Of a DNA stretch of 64,000 nt, positions 1 to 10,100 are shown one piece after another. The notes under the pieces were generated by a model, which saw only the letters and a program-made list of their open reading frames with translations, was not told the origin of the DNA and did no database searches. Origin of the DNA: an uncultured Candidatus Micrarchaeota archaeon (lineage in GTDB: Archaea > Micrarchaeota > Micrarchaeia > Anstonellales > Bilamarchaeaceae); contig OY970229.1 of assembly GCA_963714085.1 (NCBI GenBank), forward strand, positions 32,001 to 96,000, given 5' to 3'. Both the position numbers and the translations under genes were made by a program. Each line of letters starts with the position of its first letter. Within the stretch, counting starts at the first letter, position 1.

Positions 1-271
1 CCCCGAGACTGTCCCTCGGGGAAATGGATTCGCGTATCCTCTCGAGGGTCCTTTCTTCGCTTAATTCGCTGATGAGATGGGCCTCCGGGTGCGCGAGCAC
101 GTCCCTCACGAACGCGCTGTACCGGACGGTGCGCAAGGTGTCCCTGTCAATCGGCATGACGTCGCATTCCACACCGTAGCTCCTGAACCTGTGCGCGGCC
201 TTCAAGGCTGCCGCGACGTCCTCCTTACGGACGGATTGGGATGCGAATAGCCTGAGCTGGACGTCTCTCAT
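1..271 (-). CDS. Archaemetzincin-like paralog, partial (runs off left edge); not in ORF track
   Basis: Manual translation MRDVQLRLFASQSVRKEDVAAALKAAHRFRSYGVECDVMPIDRDTLRTVRYSAFVRDVLAHPEAH aligns with the N-terminus of 311..973 (LRAVRYSSFVRDVLRRPDAH); same upstream motifs. Confidence 0.85.
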   Translation of the reverse strand, partial: MRDVQLRLFASQSVRKEDVAAALKAAHRFRSYGVECDVMPIDRDTLRTVRYSAFVRDVLAHPEAHLISELSEERTLERIRESISPRDSLG

Positions 272-310
272 GATCATATTATGTCAGAAGAAGTATATAA
301 ATATGTCTAT

Positions 311-973
311 TTACAGCCCTACGGCGTCCAAACCCCAGTCCTGGACCACAGCGACCCCGTTCTTGATCATCCTGATGCCTCTCGCCAGCGCTTTCTTGCA
401 GGAGCCGCAGAAGTCCAGCTCCTTGTCGATTGCATCCAGCATGCGTTCCACGCTATTCCTATTGGGCCTTGCGATGCAGCGTTCGTCCCAGCAGCCGTTC
501 CGATCCATCAGGGCACGGCTTATCTCGTACTTCGCAACTGCTTCGATCAACTTGTCCTTGGGGACCGAGGTTAGTATGGTGGGCAGGTCCTGGTCTATTA
601 TGGCAGTGGACAGGAAAGCGTACGAACCGAACACGCCGGTGCCGAACACGTCGACCCTCATGTCGGAGTGCCTCCTTGCGAACAGGTTTTGCGTCGTGAT
701 CCCCACTCCGATGTAATCCCTTGGGAAAACGAGTTCCCGGAACATGCCGAACGTCCTTTCCCTCAGATCGTTGATGGCGTGGGCATCCGGCCGCCGGAGC
801 ACGTCCCTCACGAACGAGCTGTACCGGACGGCGCGCAGATTGCTCTCATCCGCCGACCTGATATCGTAACCGATCCCGTATCCCTTGAAAACGCGCGCGG
901 CGCTTTCGACCGCCCTGACTTCGCACTCACGGACTGGTCCGGATGCCAATAGCATGAGTCGTACATTCTTCAT
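311..973 (-). CDS. Degenerate archaemetzincin (M54)-like protein
   Basis: VGITTQNLF..VFG motif and C-terminal CWDERC...DFCGSC Cys4 pattern; expected HExxHxxGxxH replaced by YEISRALMDRN. Confidence 0.65.
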   Translation of the reverse strand: MKNVRLMLLASGPVRECEVRAVESAARVFKGYGIGYDIRSADESNLRAVRYSSFVRDVLRRPDAHAINDLRERTFGMFRELVFPRDYIGVGITTQNLFARRHSDMRVDVFGTGVFGSYAFLSTAIIDQDLPTILTSVPKDKLIEAVAKYEISRALMDRNGCWDERCIARPNRNSVERMLDAIDKELDFCGSCKKALARGIRMIKNGVAVVQDWGLDAVGL

Positions 974-1047
974 TATTATAACATGTCAAAATAAGCATAT
1001 AAATGTGCTCATCTACGGCCTGACATCGGCAAACCAGCCAGGAATCC

Positions 1048-1731
1048 TCACCCTTTTTTCGCTTTCCTGGCCTTGGGAGCGGGTTTCGCTGCGTTTTTCT
1101 TCATCAGGTCCGCATAAAGCACGTAGGAGTAGGCCACGGCCGCCAATATCGCCAGGAGGAACAGCGCGAAGACTATCAGGATGGTATAAGCCGGCAGGAG
1201 CACCGTGAAGAGCATCAGTATCCCTGCCACCTTGAACGCCGTGGCGCCGAACCTGTGCGTCTTGTCCCAGACCTCGTCGCTGGAGAGCGTCCAGGGCGTG
1301 CGTATGCCCACGAACCAGTTCCTCTTCACCTTGTCGAGAAGGAGGCCGATGCAGAAGAAGAGGCCGCCGAGCAGTATCGGGATGGTGAGGCTGAAGCTTA
1401 TGATAGTCCCCATGTTCCAGAGCACGGTCTGGAGGTATACGAGGAACAGGAACGCAGTGACCACGAGCGCGAAGCCGAAATAGGCGGTCTTGGACTTCTC
1501 TATGTTGGCGCGCAGCGGGTCTATAATTGGAAGGATGCCGAATACGGCCAGCAGCACGGTCAGTATCACCGGGAACAGGAACGCGCCGAAAATCTTCGGC
1601 ATGTATCCATCTGGTTGTCCGGACAAGCCCCAGTGCGTTGCCACCGGCTCGGGTAGCGCGGTATACGCGTACGCCCCTATGATGAACGACAGCACGACCA
1701 ATATCATGGCCGCTTTGAACTGGTTTTCCAT
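1048..1731 (-). CDS. SdpI/YhfL-family membrane protein (DUF1648 + SdpI)
   Basis: LPEPVATHWGLSGQPDGY and NWFVGIRTPWTLSSDEVWDKTHR motifs; about 6 TM helices. Confidence 0.9.
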   Translation of the reverse strand: MENQFKAAMILVVLSFIIGAYAYTALPEPVATHWGLSGQPDGYMPKIFGAFLFPVILTVLLAVFGILPIIDPLRANIEKSKTAYFGFALVVTAFLFLVYLQTVLWNMGTIISFSLTIPILLGGLFFCIGLLLDKVKRNWFVGIRTPWTLSSDEVWDKTHRFGATAFKVAGILMLFTVLLPAYTILIVFALFLLAILAAVAYSYVLYADLMKKNAAKPAPKARKAKKG

Positions 1732-1746
1732 TTAGGATTCTCCGTC

Positions 1747-1905
1747 TCAGTCCGCTTCCGCGAGCTTCTTCTTGAGCAGCGCCAGCTCGTCGTGGAGGGC
1801 GTGGTTCTTCTTGAGGGGGTCCATGCGCGCCTTCTCCTCAAGCTCCTCGATCTTCTTCTTTATGTTGGCTACTTTCCTCGAGAGGTCCTTTTTGCTCATT
1901 CCCAT
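1747..1905 (-). CDS. Small basic coiled-coil protein (52 aa); not in ORF track
   Basis: MGMSKKDLSRKVANIKKKIEELEEKARMDPLKKNHALHDELALLKKKLAEAD; host-like codon usage; fills the gap upstream of the SdpI gene; TTTAAA upstream. Confidence 0.7.
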   Translation of the reverse strand: MGMSKKDLSRKVANIKKKIEELEEKARMDPLKKNHALHDELALLKKKLAEAD

Positions 1906-1966
1906 GGAATCCCCTTCCCAGTAAAACCTTTAAAGCCTCCCGTTCGAACTCATTACTGGTGGAATC

Positions 1967-2542
1967 ATGAACACTACAGAGCATCTGGCACAGGGCTTCA
2001 TAGGAGAGTCCATGGCGAGGAACAGGTACACGATGTACGCCAAGGCCGCGCGCACCGAAGGGTACGAGCAGATCAGCGGGCTCTTCCTGGAGACCGCGGA
2101 GAACGAGCGCATACACGCGAAATGGTTCTTCAACATGATGAACGAGGCCGCCGCCAAGCAGGGCGTGCCGAAGATAAAGGTGGATTCCGACGTCCCGAAC
2201 GTCCTGGGCGACACCGTGGCGAACCTCAAGGCCGCGATAATGGGCGAGCACCACGAGTACGCGGAGATGTACCCGGAGATAGCCGATGTCGCGCAGAAGG
2301 AGGGATTCCCCCTGGTCGCAGGCCGCGTCCGCGCCATCATGAAGGCCGAGATGCACCACGAGGGCAGGTACCAGAAGCTCCTCGACGTGATAGAGAAGGG
2401 GACGATCTTCAAGAAAGGCGGCAAGATATACTGGGTGTGCAGGGAGTGCGGATACATCCACGAGGCCAGCGAGCCGCCGCTCAAGTGCCCGTCCTGCGAC
2501 AACCCGAGGGCGTTCTTCCAGGTACAGTCCGAGAACTACTGA
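1967..2542 (+). CDS. rbr: Rubrerythrin
   Basis: GESMARNRY, ENERIHA and AEMHHEGRY diiron motifs; C-terminal CRECGY..CPSC rubredoxin domain. Confidence 0.95.
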   Translation: MNTTEHLAQGFIGESMARNRYTMYAKAARTEGYEQISGLFLETAENERIHAKWFFNMMNEAAAKQGVPKIKVDSDVPNVLGDTVANLKAAIMGEHHEYAEMYPEIADVAQKEGFPLVAGRVRAIMKAEMHHEGRYQKLLDVIEKGTIFKKGGKIYWVCRECGYIHEASEPPLKCPSCDNPRAFFQVQSENY

Positions 2543-2618
2543 TTTTTTTATTTTCCTCTTATTATCCGAAAAATCAGGCCCTGAAAAAATAATGTAATAA
2601 AAAAAAGAGAATCTAGTC

Positions 2619-3773
2619 TTAGTAATTGCTGCGCATGGGCGGGGGCTTCGCGGGGAACGTGGTCATGTTGGTGGTGACCACGTGCCAGAGGTTGTTCGCC
2701 CCGTCCCCGGTCACGGTGTCAGGCTGGCCGTCGAAGGAATCGAGGTAGAGCGGCATGCCGTTGTAGGTGACCTGGATCAGGCCGTCCGCGCGCACCACGG
2801 TGGCCAGCTTGCCAGGCAGTCCGCTCACGTCCGTGGTGTAGCCGGAGGACAGCACGAGCGGCGGCCATGCCGACTTGCAGGTGTAGAGGCAGGTGGGCGT
2901 GCTGAGCGAGTCGTCGGAATACACGTACAGCGCATATCCGTAGGCATTGGTCAGGATGTCCCCGTACTGCGTGGTGTGGTACACCTGGACCACGGGTTTC
3001 GTAATGTTGGTGACCGGCACTGGCGCCGGTATCGCCGGCGGCACTATCAGGCCCGTGCATCTCCAGTTGACCTCTCCGGTCATGTTCTCGCCTATCACGC
3101 ACGCCGGGGAGCAGCCGGACTTCACGGTGTCCAGGTCTATCCACCAGGTCGCGGTGTAGTTGTTGTACATCGAGACGTTGGTCAGGTTGCCGACAGAGAG
3201 GCAGTCGCTTATGCTCATGGACTCCGCCTCGGAGACGGTCATCGGCCTAGGGAAGAAGCTGATGTTGGGCTGGGCCACGAACCACACGCCCAGGATCCCC
3301 TCCCCGTTCACATCGCCGGCTTTCTGGTCAGCGCTGTAATAGTAGAGCGGCATCCCGTTATAGGTGGCCTGGCTCGTGCCGTCGGCCCTCTGGATGGTGC
3401 CTAGAGTGCCGGAAAGGCCCTGGCCGACCGCGCTGCCGTTAAGCGGGGGCCAGATCCCGGCGCACCTTCCTGCGCAGTTGGATTCGTTTATCCCGTCGGT
3501 CGTGAAGATATAAAGCGCCATCCCGTTGCCGTCGACCAAAATGGTCCCGAGCGAGGGGTTTGAAGCAGTGCTCACGGTCACGGGCTTCGGAACGACAGGA
3601 GTGACATTCGCGGGCGGAGTCACGTTCGCGGTCGGCGGCGCGGTATTGTTCGCGACCGGCGTCACGTTTGTCGTGGCCGAGGTATTGTTGCTTACAATCT
3701 GCGGCGTCTGGGTGCAGCCCGCGCTCAGAAGCAGCAGCGCCGCACAGAACATGAGAAAGAATTTTTTCACCAT
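2619..3773 (-). CDS. Secreted lipoprotein with two COG4315/Lipoprotein_15 modules and a Cys-rich linker
   Basis: Lipobox LSAGC; LYIFTTD..C...C..IWPP and [11 protein letters not shown] repeated twice; start inferred at ATG 3773. Confidence 0.85.
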   Translation of the reverse strand: MVKKFFLMFCAALLLLSAGCTQTPQIVSNNTSATTNVTPVANNTAPPTANVTPPANVTPVVPKPVTVSTASNPSLGTILVDGNGMALYIFTTDGINESNCAGRCAGIWPPLNGSAVGQGLSGTLGTIQRADGTSQATYNGMPLYYYSADQKAGDVNGEGILGVWFVAQPNISFFPRPMTVSEAESMSISDCLSVGNLTNVSMYNNYTATWWIDLDTVKSGCSPACVIGENMTGEVNWRCTGLIVPPAIPAPVPVTNITKPVVQVYHTTQYGDILTNAYGYALYVYSDDSLSTPTCLYTCKSAWPPLVLSSGYTTDVSGLPGKLATVVRADGLIQVTYNGMPLYLDSFDGQPDTVTGDGANNLWHVVTTNMTTFPAKPPPMRSNY

Positions 3774-3874
3774 TATCACCTGAATCGGATTGCCTTGCAA
3801 GCATTAAAAATATGCCGGTGGGCGACTTTCGGAGCGGGAAAGCGGTTATAAACCTTAATCCTGAATCCATAGCC

Positions 3875-4354
3875 ATGGCCAAGAAAGCGGTGGAGGATGC
3901 GTCGTTCGCTGCAGGGTGCTTCTGGGGCGTGGAGGAGGCGTTCCGCTGCACGAAGGGCGTGGTCGAGACCGAGGCCGGCTACATGGGCGGGACCACGAAG
4001 AACCCGACTTATGAGGAGGTCTGCACAGGCGAGACCGGCCACGCGGAGACCGTGCACCTCAAATTCGACCCGAAGCAGATATCCTACGGCAAGCTCCTGG
4101 ACATCTTCTGGAGCATCCACGACCCCACGCAGCTCAACCGCCAGGGACCGGACTTCGGTAGCAACTACCGCTCGATTATCTTCTATTATTCGCCGGAGCA
4201 GAAGAGGCTCGCGACAGAATCCAAGGAGAAACTGGCGAAATCCGGGAAATACAGGAACGACATCGTGACCGAGATAATCCCGGCAGCGGAGTTCTGGCGC
4301 GCCGAGGAGCACCACCAGAAATACGAGATGAAGACCGGAAGGAAGGTATGCTGA
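3875..4354 (+). CDS. msrA: Peptide methionine sulfoxide reductase A
   Basis: GCFWGVE, TGHAE, NRQGPD and AEEHHQKY motifs. Confidence 0.95.
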   Translation: MAKKAVEDASFAAGCFWGVEEAFRCTKGVVETEAGYMGGTTKNPTYEEVCTGETGHAETVHLKFDPKQISYGKLLDIFWSIHDPTQLNRQGPDFGSNYRSIIFYYSPEQKRLATESKEKLAKSGKYRNDIVTEIIPAAEFWRAEEHHQKYEMKTGRKVC

Positions 4355-4402
4355 GACTGGCAGAAGCTTTATAGGATTTTGTTGTCTAATATGTAAGGGA
4401 CT

Positions 4403-5302
4403 ATGGACGAGGAGCAACTGGCCATTCTTATCAAGAGGATTACCGATACGGTAGACAAGGAGGGGAGACGGTCCGCCGTCCTTGACCTCCGCTCCGCGAT
4501 GGAGACTGCGCAGGAGCTCTCGTACCTCCAGGAGCACGCCGTAGAGCCCCTCGCCAGCCTTCTTTCAGACCCGGACGTGGAGCTCGCTGCCAGCGCGATG
4601 GCCACGCTCGAGGCCGCCAAGGCAGCAGGGATGTCGATAGACGCCGCGGTCCCAGCGATGCAAGAGGCGCAACTCCCCATTCTTATCTGGAGGATCAGCG
4701 ATACGGCAGACACGGAGGGGAGGCAGTCCGCAGTCCTCGACCTCCGCTCCGCGATGGAGACTGCGGACGTGGGACATAAGAAATACCTGCAGGAGCACGC
4801 CATAGAGCCCCTCGCCAGCCTTCTTTCAGACCCGGACGTGAAGCTCGGTGCCAGCGCCATGGCCACGCTCGAGGCCGCCAAGGCAGCAGGGATGCCCATA
4901 GACGCCGTGATCCCCGCGATAGCCCGGGCGTCCACGCACAAATCCTACATCGTGCGGATTTCCGCCATAAGGAGCGTCGGCCCTTTCGTGAAGGAGAGGC
5001 CCGAGCTCGTGCCAGTGCTGCTCGAAGCGCTAGGCGACATGTCCTCGGTCGTGGCGAACAGGGCCATCGAGCCGCTGGAAGGCTTCATAAAGCGCTGCGA
5101 GGACAGGAAAAAGCTCGAGACAATGAGGGCGCGCGCAAGGGAGATGCTCAAGGACGCCAAATCGGAGCAGTTGAAGAGGGCGATGACGCTCCTCGACATC
5201 AGGATCTGCGAGCTCGACTATCCGAAGCTCAGGCCGCGCGAGCGCGCAGCCGCGAAAGTCGGGAATTTCGGCAGGCGAATAAAACTCGCCTTCCAGGGCT
5301 AG
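4403..5302 (+). CDS. HEAT/alpha-solenoid protein with internal tandem duplication
   Basis: Two about 85-aa near-identical units (PLASLLSDPDV..ASAMATLEAAKAAGM); HEAT-like VRISAIRSVG. Confidence 0.75.
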   Translation: MDEEQLAILIKRITDTVDKEGRRSAVLDLRSAMETAQELSYLQEHAVEPLASLLSDPDVELAASAMATLEAAKAAGMSIDAAVPAMQEAQLPILIWRISDTADTEGRQSAVLDLRSAMETADVGHKKYLQEHAIEPLASLLSDPDVKLGASAMATLEAAKAAGMPIDAVIPAIARASTHKSYIVRISAIRSVGPFVKERPELVPVLLEALGDMSSVVANRAIEPLEGFIKRCEDRKKLETMRARAREMLKDAKSEQLKRAMTLLDIRICELDYPKLRPRERAAAKVGNFGRRIKLAFQG

Positions 5303-5320
5303 CGCGTTTTACAAAAGCGC

Positions 5321-5659
5321 TCAGCGCACCCATCTCACCGAGTCCGTGATGGCGGCCATGAACTTCTGCCTCGATTTCATCGGCGCGTGCATGACCACGA
5401 AGACCTTCTTCGAGCCGAAGAACAGGTCGAACACCACGATGCCGTCCGTGCAGGTCTCATGCCTGTCCGTGTAATCCGCCACGCGCTTGATCCTGCTCCT
5501 GCCGGCTGCGGCCGTCTTCTCTATCTCGTGGCCGTAGCAGGCGTGTCCGAACGCCTTCTTCGTCAGCTCGCCGAAGGACTTGAAGAAATCCTGGTCCTTC
5601 GAGAATATGACGAACGTGTAATCCTTCTCATTCCCCACTCCGGAAACCTTGAGTTTCAT
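5321..5659 (-). CDS. Hypothetical protein
   Basis: 112-aa ORF with GGAGGT RBS, directly downstream of the beta-CASP gene. Confidence 0.7.
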   Translation of the reverse strand: MKLKVSGVGNEKDYTFVIFSKDQDFFKSFGELTKKAFGHACYGHEIEKTAAAGRSRIKRVADYTDRHETCTDGIVVFDLFFGSKKVFVVMHAPMKSRQKFMAAITDSVRWVR

Positions 5660-5675
5660 GTCGATACCTCCAAAC

Positions 5676-7058
5676 CTACTTCAGCTCCACGGTCTCCCCC
5701 AGCACCGGCACGTGGGTGTCGAAGCCGAGCTTGTCCAGGGTCTTCTCCAGGCCCAATGACGAGCTCTCCTCCCCATGGACGATGAACAGCTTCTTCGGCT
5801 TCTCCTTGAAGCCCGAGGCCCACCTGACCAGCTCCTTCGAATCGGCATGCGAGGAGAAACTGTCTATCTGGCGCACCTGCGCCTTCACCGCGACCTCCAT
5901 GCCCATCATCCTCACGACGTCCGCGCCCTCGAGGATGACCCTGCCGAGCGAGCCCTCGGCCTGGTACCCCACGAAGAGGAGCGTGTTCTGCGATTTCCAC
6001 AGGTTGTACTTGAGATGGTACCTTATGCGCCCGCCTGTGCACATGCCGTTGCCCGCGATTATCATGCACGGCTTCGGGTAGTCGTTCATGGTCTGGGAGT
6101 CCTGGGAGGTCTTGAGGTATTTGAGGTTCTTGAAGCCGAACGGGTCCTTGAACTCCTCGCGGAGGGACGCGCTGAAATAATCCATGTTCCTGGTGAAGAC
6201 GCGGGTGGCGTCTATGGCGAGCGGGCTGTCCAGGAAGACGTTCTCGCTGGGGAGCTCCTTGTCCCGGGCCATCCGGTGCAGGTAATAGAGCAGCTCCTGG
6301 GTCCGCTCCACTGCGAAGGATGGTATGAGCAGCTTGCCCCTTCTCTTGAACGTCTCCTCCACTACTTGGGAGAACATGTCCCCGCGCGTCTTGATCGCGC
6401 TGTGGAGCCGGTCCCCGTACGTGGATTCTATGAGCACGTAATCCGCGTCACCTATGAGCGTGGGGTTGTCCAGCAATGGGGTGTCCCACTGGCCCAGGTC
6501 TCCGGAGAACACGAGCTTCCGCGTCTTCCCTCCCTCGGTCGCGTGAAGCTCTATTATGGCCGAGCCCAGGATGTGCCCGGCGTTCCGGAACCTCATCCTC
6601 AGCCCGTCGCTGATGTCGTAGGGCGAGTCGTACGGGACCGGGCTGAACAGGCGGCACGCTGCCTTCACGTCCTCGATCTTGAAGAGCGGCTCCCTGGGCG
6701 GAAGCCCGAGCCTCAGGCGCCGCTTGTTCTCGTGCATCGTGTCGTCCTCGTTCACGTGCGCGGAGTCCTCGAGCATGATCTTGGCCAGGTCTATGGTCGG
6801 CGGTGTCGCGATTATCTTCCCCCTGAAGCCCATCTTCACCAGTTTGGGTATGAGTCCTGAATGGTCTATGTGGGCGTGGGTGAGGAGCAGGCACGAGATG
6901 TCCTTGGGCCTGAACCTGAACGGTTCGTAATTAAGCCGGTTTATGTCCTTCGCGCCCTGGAACATCCCGCAGTCGATGAGTATCTTCTTCCCCGCGGCTT
7001 CAAGCAGGTAGCATGAGCCGGTGACTATCCGGGCCGCCCCGTTGAACGTCAGCTTCAT
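5676..7058 (-). CDS. MBL-fold beta-CASP ribonuclease
   Basis: Start MKLTFNGAARIVTGSCYLL; THAHIDHSG, AGHILGS, FSGDLG, ESTYG and FSSHAD motifs; TTTAAA at 7080-7085. Confidence 0.93.
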   Translation of the reverse strand: MKLTFNGAARIVTGSCYLLEAAGKKILIDCGMFQGAKDINRLNYEPFRFRPKDISCLLLTHAHIDHSGLIPKLVKMGFRGKIIATPPTIDLAKIMLEDSAHVNEDDTMHENKRRLRLGLPPREPLFKIEDVKAACRLFSPVPYDSPYDISDGLRMRFRNAGHILGSAIIELHATEGGKTRKLVFSGDLGQWDTPLLDNPTLIGDADYVLIESTYGDRLHSAIKTRGDMFSQVVEETFKRRGKLLIPSFAVERTQELLYYLHRMARDKELPSENVFLDSPLAIDATRVFTRNMDYFSASLREEFKDPFGFKNLKYLKTSQDSQTMNDYPKPCMIIAGNGMCTGGRIRYHLKYNLWKSQNTLLFVGYQAEGSLGRVILEGADVVRMMGMEVAVKAQVRQIDSFSSHADSKELVRWASGFKEKPKKLFIVHGEESSSLGLEKTLDKLGFDTHVPVLGETVELK

Positions 7059-7102
7059 ATGCCTACTTCCCCGGCACGGTTTAAAGCCTTTGCCGGTCCG
7101 CT

Positions 7103-10100
7103 TCAGGAGGGCCTGGCCTGCTCGGCGCCGGTGGCGACCCACCTGCTGTTGTTCAGCTGCATCTGGTAGCTCTGGTTTATCCACTGCGCGCTCCGTGCCA
7201 CGTTGGAGAGCTCCACTTCGTCTATCGTGCCGTTGAAGGTGCAGTTGGTCTGGCTGTCCGCCGAGTAGGCGATCCTCATGGGCGTGGCGTAATAGGTTAT
7301 GTTCCCGGACAGCGAGGACGAGTTCGCGGACAGCGCGCCGTCGATATAGACCTTCACCGCGCTCCCCGAGTTCCAGGTCATGGCCAGGTAGTGCCATGCG
7401 TTCAGGGTTATGCTGCCGGCGGTGACCTCATGGCTGGTTCCGTTGACATTGACACCGGCGTCGATGTTCCTTCCGGTGCCGTTCTGCTCCAGGGCGTAGG
7501 AGATGTACGGGGCCACGTTGGTTGTCGGGGTCTTGGACACGATTTTCGCGTAATTCGTATTGCTGTTGGTCCAGTACACCCAGGCAGAGACCGTGATCGC
7601 CGTCGCCGGTTCCAGGCTGTTCGCGCGGCTCACATTGATGAAATCGCTGGTCGTGTTGAACTTGAGGCTGCCGTTTATCTGCCCTGCGACCTGCTGTGAG
7701 AGCGTCATGGAGCCGTTCGTGGTGCCGTTGTTGCCGTTGGGGGTGCTGTCCTTGATCTGCGGCGCGGTCCCCGCCGGGTTCTGGCTCATGTGCCATACCC
7801 CTCCGAACGTAGAGCCCCAGACTCCGCTTGCGTTCTGCCCCGAGCCCACCGCGGTGTTGTTCTTGTAATACACCGAGATGGTGGTGTTCGCCGCGTTGAG
7901 GGTCGGGACACCCACCCAGATGATTGCGCTCGTCGCCGTGTAGTTCTCTATCTCGTATGGCAGCAGGGTCCCGCCGTTGTTGCAGCTGGCGTTGTAGAAC
8001 CTGAGGTCCGAGTAATTGGCCTGCATGTCCGAATCATACGCCAGGTTGACCACCGCCGGGAAGTTCGCCTGGCTGGAGCCGCTGACACTGGCTATCGTGA
8101 TGTTTCTGCACCTGTCGAGCGACGCGTTGGCCCACTGGCCCGGAGAGGACACGTTCACCGTGAAGCTCCTCGTCGCCGAGGCGCCGGAGTTGTTCGCATT
8201 GTCCTTGCACTGGACATACCAGGCGTGGTTCCCGTTGGCCAGGCCGCTGATGTTGAATATCGCCGCGGTGTTGTTGGCAGTCGAGGAGTTGGTCTGCTTC
8301 AGGACCCCGTCCAGGAATATGGAGCAGCTCATCACCGGAGCCAGGTTGTCGATGGCCGTGAAGTTGAACGCCACGGTCGAGGTGTTGAATGCCGAGGCGT
8401 TGGCCGGGGAATTGAGGCTTACTATAGGTGCGGTTGTGTCCACGGTTAAGTTCCTGGTCGCGCTAGTGCCGGTATTGCCGGCCGAATCATTGCATGAGAC
8501 GTACCAAGTGTGGGCTCCGTCCGGAGTGGATGCGCTGATTATCGTAGTGGTGTTCCTCTGGACCGATGCATTGGAGCCTATCTGCGAGCCGTCGCGGAAC
8601 AGGGCGCAGCTCGTGGTCGATGAGAGTGCGTCCGTCGCAGTGAAGCTGAATGCTATTGTCGAGTAGTTGAGCAGGGCTCCGGAGGGTGGCGAATTCAGGG
8701 TGACCGCAGGAGCGGTCGTGTCCACAGTGAAATTGCTGGTCACGCTCTTGGCGGTGTTGTTCGCGCTGTCCGTGCACTGGACGTACCAGGAGTGGCTGCC
8801 GTCAGCCATGCCGCTGACGTTGAAGACGGTCACGGTGTTGTTAGCCACGGACGGGTTGTTCTGGTTCAGGACGTTGTCCAGGAATATGGAGCAGCTCATG
8901 GCCTGGGTCGTATTGTCCGTGGCCGTGAAATAGAAGGCGGCCGTGGAGGAGCCGAGAAGTGCGCCTGAAGCCGGGGAGTTGAGGGTCACTGCCAGGGGCG
9001 GCGGTACGTAGGCCAGGACGACTGCGCTGGCGTTCTGGTTCCAGGTCGTGGTCCCGTCCGTGGCCGTGCACTGGAATATCCAGCTCTGGCCGTCCGCGAA
9101 CGAGGTGGTGAGGTTGTTGACGAGGTAGTTGGTCCCGCTGGAGCTGCTGTTGGATATGCTGAAATAGACGTCCTGGTCGTAGACGTCCGCGGCCGTGAAG
9201 TCGTTGGTGGCCGTGCTGTCGGTGCCGACGCTCACCCAGGACGAGCCGTTGTAGCAGAATTTGGACGTTTGGGAATAATTGGTCGTCGTCGCTGTGCTGT
9301 AATAGACCGTGAGATTGACATAGTCGACTTCGAGGACCCTGCTTCCGGTTCCGGTCATGCGCGAGGCCGAGAATGCGATGCCTGAGCTTGCGTTGTCGAT
9401 GTCGCCGGGCGACCATTGGGCGCCCCACAGGTCCGTCGAGCTGCCATAAAGCGCGGTTATCTCGCTGTTCTGCGGCCAGGCGCTGGCGTTCTGGTGGTTC
9501 GTGCCGCCTATGGCGCCGTCCTTCACCAGATAGACCCCGGTGTCGTTGGCCGTCGTTGAATTGGTGTTCTTGTCTATCCGTGCCTGGATGCCGGTTATGG
9601 TGGCGCCGGCAGGGATGCTGAAACCGAAGTTCGTCACTTTGAGATAGACTGTCTGCTGCTGGGAGCCGTTGCCCGGGCTCGTCGCTATGGCGTATATGGC
9701 GTCGGAGGAATTGGCGTTGCGCGGGTTGGCCCAGCTAAGAGAGCCGACCGAAGTGTCGTTCGCGAAGGTTCCTCCGTTGGCGCTTGCCGAGAGCTGCTGG
9801 CTGCCTGTCGAGGAATTGCTGTTGTTGGCCGTTATCCTGAGCTGGATCGTCGCCCGGTCGGCGCAGGCTGCGGGTAGCGTGACGTTGCTGGTGGCCAGCT
9901 TGCCATGCTTGGTCTGCCAGAGCGTGACATTCGTGCTGTTGGCCGGGTTGGTATAGTTCCAGTAGAACGAGGCGCTTGAAAATGCAGTATAGGAGGCTTT
10001 GGTGGAGTAGTTGCCGTCGTTTGCGTTGGCCGGGTTGGTGAAGCCGCTATCATAGGCGAAGGCCTTGCCGGCCGTTCCGATCATGATGGCCGGTGTCAGG

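Noticed and set aside
7059..7397. 113-aa N-terminal extension of the beta-CASP ORF
   Set aside because: Overlaps the LamG end of protease A; the typical family start and a TATA box point to 7058.
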